A stretch of 64,000 nucleotides of DNA from the human T2T-CHM13v2.0 reference genome, Homo sapiens. A program made the position numbers and the translations under genes. Every line of letters begins with the position of its first letter. Position 1 is the stretch's first letter. Shown here piece by piece: positions 38,624 through 53,469 of the stretch. Location of the stretch: contig CP068257.2 of NCBI GenBank assembly GCA_009914755.4, positions 28,768,001-28,832,000 of the forward strand, read 5' to 3'. The notes under the pieces were generated by a model. That model ran no database searches, was not told where the DNA came from, and saw nothing but the letters and a program-made list of their open reading frames with translations.

Positions 38624-39042
38624 CCAGCCTTTGGGTCTCGCCTTTTTGGATCATCTTACTGAATATTCTCCATTCTCTCATGATTATTTCTGTACTCTAT
38701 GGAACTGCAACACTCAGCCTGTCCAATATCTGTGATTGTTGACCATCTACATCAGTAGGACTCAGCATCCTAGCCCTCTTGGAAGTATATGATTGAACAC
38801 GGACAAATTAATCTTGACCTAGGACCCTTCCTAAATCTGACAGGAGATATATCTTGAATTTCAATTTTTGTGCCAATGCTCAGGATCATTTCTGTTATCA
38901 TCTTTCTAAAATCCTTCTCTCATTATTTTCCCAGAACTCTTCCACTCAAATATATTTCAAATAGTTACAATATTTTAAATAAGCTTATTTCTTTGGCATG
39001 AATTCTGGCATTCCATTTTATTTTGTTAATACAATACACTTA

Positions 39043-39350
39043 GGCTGGGCATGATGGCTCACACCTGTAATCCCAGCACTTTGGGAGACCGAGGCTGGCG
39101 GATCACTTTAGGTCAAGAGTTTGAGGCCATCCTGGCCAACACAGTGAAAACCCATTTCTACTAAAAATACAAAAATTAGCAAGGCCTGGTGTGCACCTAT
39201 AATCCCAGCTACTCAGGAGGCTGAGGCAGGAGAATCACTTGAATCTGAGAGACGGAGGTTGTAGTCAGCTGAGATCATGCCACTACACTCCAGCCTGGGC
39301 AACAAAGTGGGACTCTGTGTCAAAAAATAAATAAATAAATAAGTAAAAAT
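39043..39350 (+). mobile_element. Alu SINE (AluS-like), plus, (AAAT)n tail
   Basis: ggctgggcatgatggctcacacctgtaatcccagcactttgggagaccgaggctggcggatcac… ending …ccagcctgggcaacaaagtgggactctgtgtcaaaaaataaataaataaataagtaaaaatg. Confidence 0.9.
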
Positions 39351-40028
39351 GATACATTTAGTGAATTCATCCCATATCTTCAACTGTCTTCCTTAGGTAC
39401 ACTTTTTGTTTGTTTCATATGTTTTATTGATATTTTGTTGAATAGAAAACAAAGTGCAAAGAAAATTTAAATATATAACCTATCACATGTTTTAAGAGAT
39501 TTAAATCCCCTCATAAGTGCATTTTTTATATATTTGCTTCAGAAAATTTTGTTTTAGTCTTTCATTGAAAAAAAATTTATTGAGGTCCTATTATATACCA
39601 AGCATTACGCTGAACAAAGACACAAATTCTCTGCTTCAGGAAGTTCCCACAAATACAATTATAACTTATATGGCAAATGGAATAATGGGGTGAAGACAAG
39701 ATTCAGTGGGAACACAAAGAAGAACTTCAAAAACACTCAGAGAAAATAATATAAACCCATTATTGAAAATAGAGTAAATAAGTTACACTTAATTTTAGAA
39801 TAACAAATCTTACTGATCTATTGTGTCCATTGCAGTCCCTTGAAAAGCAGCTGCCAAATGGGATTAAACATAAAAAAGATTTATTGGTGAAAATGCCAGT
39901 GATAGATAATGGGGAGGTAGTTGGAGAGGTCTGGGAGAGCCATACTACTGTGGAGTATGTCTAGCCTCAGTGAAGGACAGAGGGAACTAAGTTTGGTCTA
40001 GAAGAAACTTCTTTAAGAAACTCCCCAT

Positions 40029-40399
<371 letters not shown>

Positions 40400-41719
40400 T
40401 CAAAGGAGCCTTACATATCACCAAAATGGGCCTGCCTTAGCATCCTTGCCAAGAGTATTTACTAACAAGAATGGATGACAGCACAACCTTGGCACAGAAG
40501 TGATGGTAGATTCAAAGACCAACTGCTGTAGCTGTCAATCAGTCAGTAATGCTCCCTGAAGCAGAAGATTTAAGAGGTACATTTGCATAGCTTCCATCTT
40601 CATGATATTTATTTTGATCCTAAGTAAGCTCAGCACTGATAAACAGTGGTAAAATAATAAATAGTAACTTGGAATTTTTCATGTTTTTCTTACTTTGATC
40701 AAAATGTCAATTATTATGTCAGACCCTATAGAAGACCCACTGAATGAAAATCTAACCCTACTACTGAGTAAGAGAAAATCAAGAATTATTAGATGGTTAT
40801 CTTTGATTTTAATTGATGCATTAAGCAGACAGGACTCAGGACACAATTAGGAAACTGCTTCATTTTTTTTTAACACCACTGAACTTCACACTTGAATTTA
40901 GAGCTCTAGCTTCCCTGAATCCCTGAACAACACAATGGGTAGATCTATGATCACATTAAGATATTAAGAAAAATTTTCATTTCACGTTAGTAATCCAAAG
41001 TTGCATAATTACAAAACCAGTCTTACAGCCACAATAAAAGCTTCTCCCTTTCCCCTCAGTTTAGGCCTGTCATGTGTTTCCAAAGGCCACCAGTGGTTTA
41101 AAGAAGATTTTTTTTTTTTTTAAATTTCCATACTCCACCTTGCCTTCCATCAATGTACTGCTCCTTGTTTCCCTTTGATTCAAACATACACAATGGGAGG
41201 AAAGAAAATGACAACCAGGGCCATCTTCCTCAACATGATGCTTTAGGCCACCTGTGTCAACATGGACTTTGTTGTTTGCCTCTGAAAACTTTTACTGGGA
41301 AGAGATAATATCAACCAATAGCTCATTTCACTGCATGCTTCAGGAAATTCCTATAGATTAATTTGTTGGAGCCAATAGCCCAAAGACCTGAATAAACAGT
41401 TCCCTAATTAAGCAACAGTTTATGTATCAAGAAACTCATGTCAGCTTCCTCTCTGAAAGACCCACCTTGAACCAGCTCAGCCCAGAATCTCATTTCTAAC
41501 ACCTCCCTGTGGAAACACAGACAAGACTTACAGTAGCATTCTTCTTTGTGGCAGGGAGCTCAAATATACTTCATTTCGTCTTAGCAGATTTTCTGGTGAT
41601 CTTACAGGTTTTTCAATAGGGACATTAAGGTTTGTGCATTTAGCTAGGACCCAATCTTTGCCATTGAATATCCTCTGTTATTATGCACTCTGAACTGAGC
41701 ATGTAATGTTTGTGCCCTT

Positions 41720-42060
41720 CCTCCAAATTCATATGTTAAAATCCTAATTCCCAATGCAATGGTATTTGGAGAAGAGGCCTTTGGGAGGTAATTAGCTTAT
41801 GAAAATGGAACCTTCATGTGGAAACTAGTGCCTTTATAAGAAAAGACACAAGAGGTTTGCTTCTGGTCTCTGTGCTCTCTGCTACGTGAGGACACAGAGA
41901 GAAGGTGGTCATCTGCAAACCAGGAGGAGAACCATCTCTAAAAACCAAATCGGACAGTACTTTGATCTTGTACTTCCCAGCCTCCAGAACTGTGAAAAAT
42001 AAATTTCTCTTGTTTGAGTCTCCCAGTATATGGTATCTTAGTCTGAACTGACTAAGACAC
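41720..42060 (+). mobile_element. MLT1-type MaLR solo LTR
   Basis: tgtgcccttcctccaaattcatatgttaaaatcctaattcccaatgcaatggtatttggagaagaggcctttgggaggtaattag… through …cttgtacttcccagcctccagaactgtgaaaaataaatttctcttgtttgagtctcccagtatatggtatcttagtctgaactgactaagaca. Confidence 0.7.
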
Positions 42061-45000
42061 CACAGGTGTCTGAATATTGGTTCTTTTCCTAGTGGAGACT
42101 TTGGTGTGTTTTCTAGAAACCATCTTATTCCCACCCCAGCCCATTCTCCCTGGAATCCCTGAACTGAATATTGCCTGACAGAGTTAGCACACCCTTCCAT
42201 GACTTCTCCCTGAATCCTCATCCCGAGTTCCCTCCTGCTAGGGCTCCATCCCAGCCAGCTTTCTTCTGCTAGAATCCATTTGTCCTGGAGATGGCCCTCT
42301 TGGCCCATAGGAAACACACACTCACAGCACTGCCCATGGAAGTGTGATTTGGTCCTAGAGCAGGTGTCTTCCACCCAGCTAATTCTAATGGCTCACTGCT
42401 TTAAGAGTATGCTAGTCTAGTCTCAAAACTCCAGGAGATACAGAAATACTCAATTTTCTGCCTTGTCTTCTTGGTGGGCAAACAATTCCAGAGACATGTC
42501 ATTTTCTTTTATTAGTGTGACACTTTTAGTAAATGCATCCTGTACTTATTACTATTTTCATTAGGTAAGCTTGTTTTCTTAGCTTTATGTGTTTCTTCTT
42601 CTTTTTTTTTTTCTGGAAAGAAAATGGAGTTGAGAGAGGAGTTGAAACATGACATTTCATGTCTTGAGAGATTTATATCCCATCATAGAGCATTTGATCA
42701 TATAATTGCTTTAGAAAATGTTATTTTCAGTTAGGGATTCATTGAACAAACATTTGTTGAGTTCCTATAATATAAAACATTCTTATTATAGAGAATGAGA
42801 CTACCTTCTGTCATTCTAGCCAGCCACCACACTGTCTATGAATGGGCCTCATCACCTTCTCTCCCTTCCCAAAGAGAGGGAAGCCAGGGATATATGTGTT
42901 TCTCTTTGTGTGTCACATGGGTAGTATTATCCCACAAGAATAAAACTTATTTCAGAGTAAACCTCGTTCTTTTATGAATGTCTAAATTGCACTCAAGGGG
43001 TATAAGGCTCAGGAAAGCTGTAAAGCTGTCAAGGCCATCTCTAATCATGGGAATGTGACTAGGACTGGGATTTATTGTCATTTACCAATATTTGCCCTCA
43101 GCTTTGGGGACTCTACCAAATTTGTGACTTATGTGAAAAGCACCCTGTAAAATTATTTTACATAAAGATAAAAGAAAGCTCATTATATAAGCTCAATAAT
43201 GAGAAAGTGACATGAGTAACTACACTCCTATATGAAATACCCTGGATATTCACAAATAAAGAATCATGGTGAATATAACCATACTGTCACAGAATAAATG
43301 ATTTTCTACAGAGCTTTTCTTCTAGATCAGGAGTTGAAAAATGATGGCTGGTGGGCCAAATCCAGCTACTACCTGTTTCTATATATGAAATTGATCGGAA
43401 CACAGCCACAAGCATCCATTTACATATGGTCTATTCTGACTTTCATGCTACAGTGGAAGAGTTGAGTGGTTCAGACAGAGACCATATGTCCCTTAAGGCC
43501 TTAAATATTCACCATCTAGCCCCTTTCAGAAAAAAATAAAAAAGTTTACCAACCTTTGCTTTAACATGATGGAACTTGCTTCAAAATTGTTACCATAATG
43601 CTCCAATTTCTGGTAACTATAATAAAGGTACATCAGTTAATTCTTCTCACTTCTTTTCTTTGGCTTCATCTACACTTTGTAGCATCAACTGGAGCCTCAA
43701 CATCAGAATAAATGGCTACTGTGTTCTTTTAAAATTTGAAGTGAACAAACATCAACAAAATGTTTCACAGATTCTCAAAGTTTTTCCATTTGACTGAGAG
43801 TGTTGAGTTTTGTGATGAATAAACAGAACTCCTTCTAGGTTTCACAAATTATAATAATATGAATAATATCCAGTATTTATTATTATATAGCAAGTGCACA
43901 GTGTGAATCATTTAATCTCCAATCAATGCTGTAAGGCAAGTTCTAGTATAACCTCCATTTTACAGATGAAGAAATTGCGGCACAGGCAGGTTAAATATAC
44001 TTTCCAGCAAAACAATGCGGCCAAGTGATGGAGGCTGCAACCACATTTGGTTTACCTCTGGAACATGTGCTCATAACTAGGAGATTGTCTTATTCACTTT
44101 TTATATTTCTCTGACATGATAAATGGCTAGTTAATGAATTAGGGAGGAAATTGATGAACAGATTTTGCCATTCTGTACTTACAGAGCACTGAAGCTCATA
44201 GCCACATTGTCAAATGTTTATCTCAGTCTTTCCCTAAAGGGATGTCTCCTATTTACACTCCAATCTGTGAAGGATCCTTTGCTTTTCTGACTGGTGTCAT
44301 CTACAACATGTTATTTTGTCCAGAAACTTGCCTCATACCTTTAGCTTTGGCTCAAGGGAAGATACTCATAGCCTAAGATGCAGAAGAAAATATCTGACTA
44401 CCTGAGTTCCAGATTCCCTCTGTTTTGCCATTTCTGAAGGACCATTAAGTCAGCTGTCTGTGTTTCAATGAAAAAGCAACTCTTTTCAATTATGTAGAAA
44501 GATGAAGAGAGAATAGAATATTGAATTGGCAGCCTAGAGACAACTTCTAGAGCTGAATCCATCATTCCCTATGTAAACTTGGGCAAATTATCTTATCTCC
44601 TTGAGCCTCAGTTTCCTTATTTGTTAAGTGAGAATGTTGTATTGATTAATTTTTAAGGTATCTGTTGTTTAACTTTAAAATTAGAAATAGAATTCACATT
44701 TTTAAAAGTATGACTTGGTAGTTAAAGAAAACTAAAATAATCAGGCACAGAAATGATTTTAATAGATTTTTTGACATTATGAAGGTAATACACTTGTCCC
44801 TATATACGTAAAGCAATTTATTGCAAATATATTTTGTGTATTTATTTTTATCTATGTATAAATACTTTCAGGATTTTCCAGTGATCTTGTTAGGTCATAG
44901 AAGTTGTTCACCACCACAGCCTTCTTTCTCTCACTTTCTTAGCCAATGGGCCCTCTACTCAGGGTTCCCCCAGCACTTTCAGAGTTTGATGAAATACTAC

Positions 45001-46689
45001 ACCTGGATGGAGTATGGAGTCTGACTTCCTGAGTGCTTCCCCAAAACATGCTTCAACCGGAAATGTGGTTGAATTACCCTTACAGTGAACCTGATCAGTG
45101 GTAACAGGAGATGCTAGAACAGGAAAAGACAAGTTTCCCCTTTCCTCCCTATCCCATCAATTACTTTGAGGTGTATTTTTTCTTTGCAACCCCTCCAGAG
45201 AAGTCGGCAATGTTTAACAAGCATGCCTGCCAAGTGGCTTGCCTTATACCTCATTATGAAGTGATACTCAGGGCCACTAACACATCGCACAGCATTGCAT
45301 TGCATTTTGCTTGCTGCACTTCCATGCTCCATTGCTACAGCCTTGCACTTCCCAAACAGGGTTAGTCCTTAATGATCACCTCAGGTTCTGCATTAGTCAG
45401 GTTCTCCAGAGAAACAAAATCAGTATGATCTCTCTGGAATAATGAGTGAGAAAGAGAGATGGAGAGAGAGAGAGAGAATATGAGGAATTGGAGGCTGGGA
45501 ATTCCCACAGTCTGCATTTGTAAGTTGAAGACCCAGGAGAGCTGTTGGTATAATTCCAGTCTGAGTCCAAGGGACTGAAAATCTGGGAAGGTGATAGTAT
45601 AAATCCCAGTATAAGAGCAGGAAAATACTTATGTGTCAGCTCAAGTGGCCAGGCAAAAAGAAAAAGGGGCAAATTCCTCCTTCCTCTGCCGTTTGTTCTA
45701 TTATGGCCCTCGATAGTTGGGATGAAGCTTATCCAGGTTGGAAAAGGCAGTCTACTGAATCCATTGATTTAAATGCTAATCTCATCCAGAAACACTGTCA
45801 CAGATACATCCAGAAATGTTTTACCAGATACCTGGGCATCCTCTGATTCAGTCAAGTTGACACAAAATATTAACTATCACAATCATTCTAACTAAAACTA
45901 CAGTTCGTGTATAATTCTGTTGATATGTGTGTTATTTATATTACATCCTCCAGGACCTAGCATAAACCGTGGCACATGGCAGGTCCAAATAAACACTTAT
46001 TTAAATGAATTTGCTTTCTTGTACTTGAAATATAAACTCTTTGAGTAGGTGATTTTCACCATGAAATATTTGGTAGAAACAGCTGAAGAGGTTCATAGTA
46101 AAATGTTCATATAATGAACTAAATTGAAATGTTGGGACGAAGGGTAAAGCCTGTGATATCAGCTACAAAGCTTCAGAATGAAGAAACACAGTTCACAGTC
46201 CATTTTACCACTGCTGGTAGATACTAAAAAAGCTGAGTTCTCTGTTGTAGAGCACATAGAATGAGTCATACAAATTGAAGAAAGATCTTGGAAGGCCCAA
46301 GAGATAATAAAACAGAACCTATATTCTAGCAATTGTTCTTGATTATTTGAAATATAGTGAAGAGACAATCTAATTCTTACCATTATCTCTTAGTCTATGA
46401 TGATCATGAGTGGGTGTGATCTCAAGAGACAACGTAAGCATTTTAGAAGCTTGTCACAATAATGTCATCATTTTTCTCTAATTACAATTGAACAGGTCAT
46501 TATAAGGTAAACACAATCAAAGCTATTATGTCCATATGCTATAGCAGAAAAATACTTGCTAAGTGGGTAGCTCGCCATTATTTTAGATTTAGGAAGTATA
46601 AATATACTGATTCAGCGGTCATCCATAACACTTTATTCATTCATGGAGTAATATAATATTGCATCCATATTGTGCTATCCACATTCCAA

Positions 46690-46960
46690 ATGGGGTCTAG
46701 CATCCACAGTTCAGAACTATCCCACACAGTTCATTTCTAAAATACCCATCTAAAGCAGTGGTTCTATACAAAAAATAATTTTGCCCCCAGGAGACACAGG
46801 GCAATGTCTGGTGACATTTTTGGTTGTCATGAACTGGTGGCTTCTACTGGCATCTAATGGGAAGAGGCCCAGGGATGTTGCTAAGCATCTTACAATACTC
46901 AGGATGGTGCAAACCTAGCGAAGAAGTATGCTACCCAACTGTCAATAATGCCAAGATTTA
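46690..46960. mobile_element. Unclassified interspersed repeat, likely DNA-transposon relic (MER-type)
   Basis: …cagtggttctatacaaaaaataattttgcccccaggagacacagggcaatgtctggtgacatttttggttgtcatgaactggtggcttctactggcatctaatgggaagaggcccagggatgttgctaagcatcttacaatactcaggatggt…caactgtcaataatgccaag resembles a common human repeat I cannot name with certainty. Confidence 0.4.
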
Positions 46961-47308
46961 TGGAAATTGCAAAAAGAGCAAATACTTTGTTAAAGTGCAG
47001 GAAGCAAAGCAGAAAGGTAGAGAATGATAAAAGAAGATTTTTTTAAAAAGAGTAACAAAGAAATAAAACAAACATGAGGAATGTGATGGCCAGAAATAAC
47101 ATAAGATGGTAAACTAGATTTAAACAATTTTTGGAAACAAATTCTCTGAACATTGCCTTCTGCTCTAATGTGCTTCTTGTGCACAGTTGGGCTAGTGTTG
47201 CCTTCTTAGCAGAGCTACACTGGGGAGTGTGGAGGACTCATTAGCAGAAAAGTCATGACTGTGAATATGCACAGACATTTTAATGAAAGCTTTAGTTACT
47301 ACAGTGAC

Positions 47309-47310
<2 letters not shown>

Positions 47311-47356
<46 letters not shown>
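47311..47356 (+). repeat. (CT)23 dinucleotide microsatellite
   Basis: Uninterrupted ctctct… run read directly. Confidence 0.95.
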
Positions 47357-47359
<3 letters not shown>

Positions 47360-50049
47360 CACTAAGAGATTCTATTGATTCTGTTTCTCTGGAGAACTTT
47401 GACTAATACACTGATATAATCTTACGAGAAAAGCAATAAAGATTGGAGGACTTTTCCCAGAAAAGATAAGTCTTGACTTAGGACCTAAAGGATCATAGAT
47501 TTAGATGACAGCGTAAGATCACAGAAAAGGAACATCACAGGTAAAACTTACAAAGCAGTATTCAAGCAGAGGTGAGGATTCTGATGCACAGAGTGCATGA
47601 GGACAACAGCTGGAGCTTGAACTAGAAAGGTTACTGGTCACAAGATACCATACTAACAAACTTATATAATATTACATAAGAAACAGGAGATCACTGGAAA
47701 TTTCTAACTAATCATTTCAGAATTTCCATCTGTCATCTAAATGTAATTTACTATTTGGGCAGATTTTAAAATGAGCTCTTTTATTTGACTGTTTTAGGCA
47801 ATATTTTATTTGAGATAATATTTGCAATTCACTTTGTTCATGTTGTATTATCTGAAATCCTTCTGGCTAAGAAAATATTAGAAATATTTTTTAGTTTGAA
47901 AGCTATATCCTACTTTCTGAATTTTTCCAACTTGCCTGGAAGGAGCCCTTAAACAAGGATTGTATCTTCTACATAATTTGTTACCTACAGAGTAGAGTAT
48001 CATTTAGTAAAAAGTTAGCAAGTGATTTATTCTTCTTTCAAGGAAATGCAGTACTTTTGATATAAATTATTTATTAAGTGTAGAAAACTGGCTTTATATC
48101 TTGTCCTGATCCACATAACATCAACTTAGTATTCTCCAGTGTTTCCGATGTGTATGTCATTGTAAGCACATAGGTCATGCTTACTATATACTTTTTGATA
48201 GAAAGAGGAAACCTTGTGCAGATGAAAGAATCCTCTTAGAAGAGATGAATGTTCCATCCCAGAAGCAGAGGTGTTTCTTATTGACAGTTTCAGGTATCTT
48301 TGTGTATAAAGGGATAAAAGATATTTCAAAGAATGTATCACCTCTACTACCAACTTATATTGCTAGGCTTTGATTGTTCTATGGAAACAAGATCACAACA
48401 TTAAGAAACCATTATTGTAGACAAAAATAAAATTTAATTATGAAAATTGGAGTCATTTGCCTTTTCACTTTTAGGCTATTTTCAAAAGCGGTAGTCAAAA
48501 TGTCGTGGGCTTTTAAAAAACAATATACATGCTGTAGCAATATATTTTAATAATCCATAAAACAACACAAAGAGATGTGTTGGGTATTTGATTTGTTTAT
48601 ATACATAATATGACATCTGAGGTAAAATAAAGTTTATTTGTCCAAAATCAAACAGCAAGCCAGTAGTGTCTTGTCAACTCACGTCCGTTTTTAAAACTCC
48701 CTCTATATATTTTGGGCTATATCACCCTTATGCAAGAGGTAAAAATAAATACAAATAAAAGAACATTCATCCTCATCAGAGTAAACTGTCCCTATCTCCT
48801 GGGTAATAAAGTACCTGTTTTCCTCAGTCAAACTTTCTAAGCTTTTTAAATCAAAGAAATATTGAGCATTACTTTTTCAAAGATCTTGCTAACATAGTAT
48901 TCAGGTGTTAGGGCTCTGTCTATTGACAGTGAATTACATTTCTACAAGTTTTTTTTACATAGCCTGGTAAGAGGCAGGATGAATGTTGAAAAATATTCTT
49001 AGAGGAGCTAACGGCACCCACGATGAAGTATCTAAGGATATTTACTGGAGCCAGTGGAGCACAAATGGAAGAACGGTGATATGAAAGAAATAGTGTGGAG
49101 AGTTGAACAACGTTCATGTAATTGAAGAGAGGCTCAACTTAAATTTTGGCACCTCTACATAAAAACAAAAGTGATTCCTGCAGAACTAAGTATAGAGCAG
49201 GCTTTCTTGCATATGACACAATGCACTCTCAATAGCCATTTAGCCGCTACATTTTCACAACCACCAGGCAGAGATTTCTAGCTATTTTGATATTGACTTA
49301 AGTAATTGGATTTTACATAACGTTAGAAGAAACACAAGGAAAACCAGCATAAAGTTAAGGATATGGAACATTTTAATTTTGCTCCTTTATATGTCATGCT
49401 CAGAATATTCTGCATATTGAAAGACAGTAATGAAATTCTGTAATGATACATTCTAAATTGTTAAAGATCATAGTACCAGGCCGATATGAGGCTCGGGTCA
49501 TCGATTGGAAATCCATTTTATTTCTTTAAATATCATTCTTTATATCCCAATTTTGTACAAATTCTATTGTGAAGACTTAGAATGTATTTAGTTTGTCCAT
49601 TGCCCCCATCCTGCAAAGATACACTCTATTTCAATGGGTGCACACAACTATATATGTTTTAATTCTGTGATGTATATAACCATTTTATTTATCGAATTTC
49701 ATTAACATCAGCTCTGTTAAAAATTAAAATATGTTCCCACTCAAAATACATTTTATGAAACCATTAAGACTAAGTATAAACAAATAAACAAACAAACAAA
49801 AAACAGAAGAAAAAGATGTACTTATTGAGAGACAAGAATGTTTAGTATCCTCTGAGGTGAATTATGAAAGGGTGACTTAAAATCCCTTCTCTCAGTTTCT
49901 ACACATTCTTCTTAAGAAACCTACTTAATTTTTTTTTTCGCTTGTAAACTGAGTTATCAGGAATGATTTTTCTGACATATGAGCTCATGACCTTCAATGA
50001 CCTCAATTTTTTTCATTTTTACAATTGAATAAAATCATCTATTTGGCAG

Positions 50050-50260
50050 AATTACTGTAAGTATTAAAGAAGATAAATATGTATATAAATATATAATATA
50101 TAATATATATTTAATACATAATATATATTATATATTATATATAAAATATATAAATATATATTTATAAATATATTATATTAATTATTTTATATAATTATAT
50201 TAATATTTATAAATATATAATCTTTATATATATTTATCTTCTTTAATACTTAGATATAAT
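50050..50260. repeat. AT-rich palindromic region: inverted-repeat arms (AAGTATTAAAGAAGATAAATAT…, 50054-50078 and 50229-50253) flanking ~150 bp of (TA/TATAA)n low-complexity sequence
   Basis: Left gtaagtattaaagaagataaatatgtatataaatatataat…; right …atataatctttatatatatttatcttctttaatacttag is its reverse complement (22-bp perfect core plus imperfect AT-rich extension). Confidence 0.8.
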
Positions 50261-50437
50261 ATATACATATAATGGAAGGCCTACAAAAATGTTAGGGCAT
50301 TCTCACTATTATTTTCAGTCATTTTAATTTATATGTCCTAAAACATAAAAATTCATTCTGTCAATAGTCAATATTTATGGAATATCATCTTATGGTAGTT
50401 ACTGTGCTGGCTTTGGGTTTAAAAAGATGAAAAGACG

Positions 50438-51041
<604 letters not shown>

Positions 51042-51734
51042 TCAAATTTATGTGACCAGGACTCACACTGAAAAATACTTTCACTTCAGAACTTCTCTCA
51101 TCTTTCTCAGAAAGCCCAAACATTCGATGACTCTAATAATTTCTATTTTATCTCATACCATCCCATTTCAGTCCATTCTATTCTGTTATTTCTCACTAAA
51201 AGAAATACTGATCACCATCAACAAATAGATTTTGTGACCAATAGTACAAGTTTCACATTTTGAAGACATTTGAGGTAGAGATTACCCACATGGGAGTTAC
51301 TAAGGTGGCTAATTCCACGTGCTGTTTGACTTTATCACACAAAAAAATCATTCCTTTATTAAAAACTCCACTCTCTTTCTCAGTAAGTGGAACAAAGGTC
51401 CCATTAAACCGTGGTTCAACTATTAGGTCACTAGATGCTCACAGAAGAAATCTTAAGTACCTACACATTTTTTATCAGATAAAATTGCAAACTGTGGACT
51501 GAAAGATAATTGAAGACAAAATTAGAGTCTGCCCTAAAGGAGATTAATTGAAATTAGGAAAATACACTGATGCAAGTTTAAATCAATGTTTTAAAAAATA
51601 ACACATCATATATCAACTTACATTTTGGGATCCAGAAAGAATATCAATCAAGTAGATATTCGAGTTTGAATTCTTCCTATGACCTTAACAAAGCTTAATC
51701 TTTATATAGTGCTTTACAGTCAATTTTTTTAAAA

Positions 51735-52020
51735 ATTTATTTCCTTTTTTTGACACAGTCTCACTCTATCACTCAAGTTTATGGCACAATTACAACTCAC
51801 TGAGGCCTCAAACTCCTGGGCTCAACCAATCCTCCTACTTCAGCCTCCTGAGTAGCTGAGACAACAGTCCTGTGCCACCACCCCCAGCTAGTATTTTTCT
51901 TTTCAATTTAATTTTTTGTTGTTGTTGAGATGGAGTCTCACTATGTTGCCTAGTTGGTCTCAAACTTCTGGGCTCAAGTGATCCTCCTGCTTCAGACTCC
52001 CAAAGTGCTGGGATTAGAGA
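51735..52020 (-). mobile_element. Old Alu (AluJ-like), minus
   Basis: tttgacacagtctcactctatcactcaagtttatggcacaat…cctcaaactcctgggctcaaccaatcctcctacttcagcctcctgagtagctgagacaacag…gagatggagtctcactatgttgcctagttggtctcaaacttctgggctcaagtgatcctcctgcttcagactcccaaagtgctgggattagag; heavily diverged. Confidence 0.8.
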
Positions 52021-52734
52021 TATCCATCACAGTTCTTTACAGTTTATACAGTTATTTCATTCGCACAAATTATCTTATGAATGCTATCTATTATGTCATA
52101 AAAATAGTTACTCTTTTTGCAAAGATATTGAATTATGACATTTTTCATATGTCATAATTAGGGAATTATGACATATATTCCCTACCAAGTAGGGAACTGG
52201 TAAGTTACTAATATTTAGAAGTGAAAAATGTCCCTAAGTGTACCAACGCATTGGATGAAAAGTTCCTTAAATATAGCAGTTGATTCTAGATCCTTATGAA
52301 TCAATACAGTAGCAAGATGATCAGCTTTTCCACACAATGAGATGTCACAAACTAGATCATGACTCAAAGATGAAAATTCAGGAGATTTTCTGCCCAGAGC
52401 ATGAAATTTACCATGGCTGGAACTGTAAACCTGATGTAACGTCTGTGGCAAGAATGGGAGAGGGAGAAAAATCTTGGCTGGCTCTACTGGGACTGAACAC
52501 AGCACTGGTAGACAGTGGCCTTGCAGAAAGAATTGTGGCAGTCATTGTGGAATTGGGAACTACCTCAAAAGGTACTAGGAAGAGAATAGAGGAAGTGGCT
52601 TGGACAGGAAGACTGAAGGAGAGATGCTGAGGCCAAGGGAGCCTCAAGGACTTAGATAAAGTTTCCAGAATAACAACCATCAAGCCAGGTATTGGAAAAT
52701 ATGGTTTTGGTGAATTCTCCTTTAGAAAGTGGTC

Positions 52735-53035
52735 TGGGGTCAGGTGAGGTGGCTCATGCCTGTAATCCCAGCACTTTGGGAGGCCGAAATGGGAGGATCA
52801 CTTGAGGCCACGAGTTCAAGAAAAACCTAGGCCACATAGTGAGATCCTGTCTCTATAAAAAACATTAAAGATTAACTGGGAGTAGTGGTGCACACCTGTG
52901 GTTTCAGCTACTCAGGAGGCTGAGGTAGGAGGACTGCTTGAGCCTGGGAGGTTGAAGGCGCAGTGAGCCACGATTGCACAACTGCATTCCAGCCTGGGTG
53001 ACAGAGTGAGACCCCATCCCCTCCCTCACCCCCAA
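52735..53035 (+). mobile_element. Old Alu (AluJ-like), plus
   Basis: ggtcaggtgaggtggctcatgcctgtaatcccagcactttgggaggccgaaatgggaggatcacttgaggccacgagttcaag… ending …gcattccagcctgggtgacagagtgagaccccatc. Confidence 0.85.
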
Positions 53036-53469
53036 AAGGAAAGAAAATCGTCTGAGACAAAATATATAATCCCATTCTTATCCTGTATGTCTTATAAGTG
53101 GATGTACATCTACACAAAATGATTTGAGTGAATGTATCACATTGACCAAATTACTGGCAGTGATATGTCACATGCATTAATATTTAGTTAACTTTTCCGG
53201 GAGTTGGTGATAAGGAATATCCACTTATATGTTATGAAACTTATACAATGTTTCATTTTTAGACAATAAATTTTATTTTATCAAAAGAATGACTCAACAT
53301 AATTTTATTGATTAACTCCCAAAACATTGAAATAAAATATGTACCAGGGTTAAGCGTCTTGTGCAACCAAAAGAAAATGTATGCCTAAAAAGTACTTCTT
53401 CAAAAATTCTCTAATATGATTTTATCACTATAAATTAATTGCCACTCACCTTTTCTGAAAATCTTTTAA

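Noticed and set aside
38900-39100. Looked for a canonical AATAAA poly-A signal for KRTAP15-1
   Set aside because: Only non-canonical candidates (e.g. ttttaaataagc ~38975, attttattttgttaatacaa ~39015) occur before the Alu at 39043. I cannot place the 3' end confidently, so no terminator feature is reported.
41814-42374. 186-aa minus-strand ORF (largest in the listed six-frame ORF track)
   Set aside because: Lies across an MLT1 MaLR LTR and flanking unique sequence. It has no recognisable domain and no promoter or poly-A context; a spurious open frame in repeat DNA.
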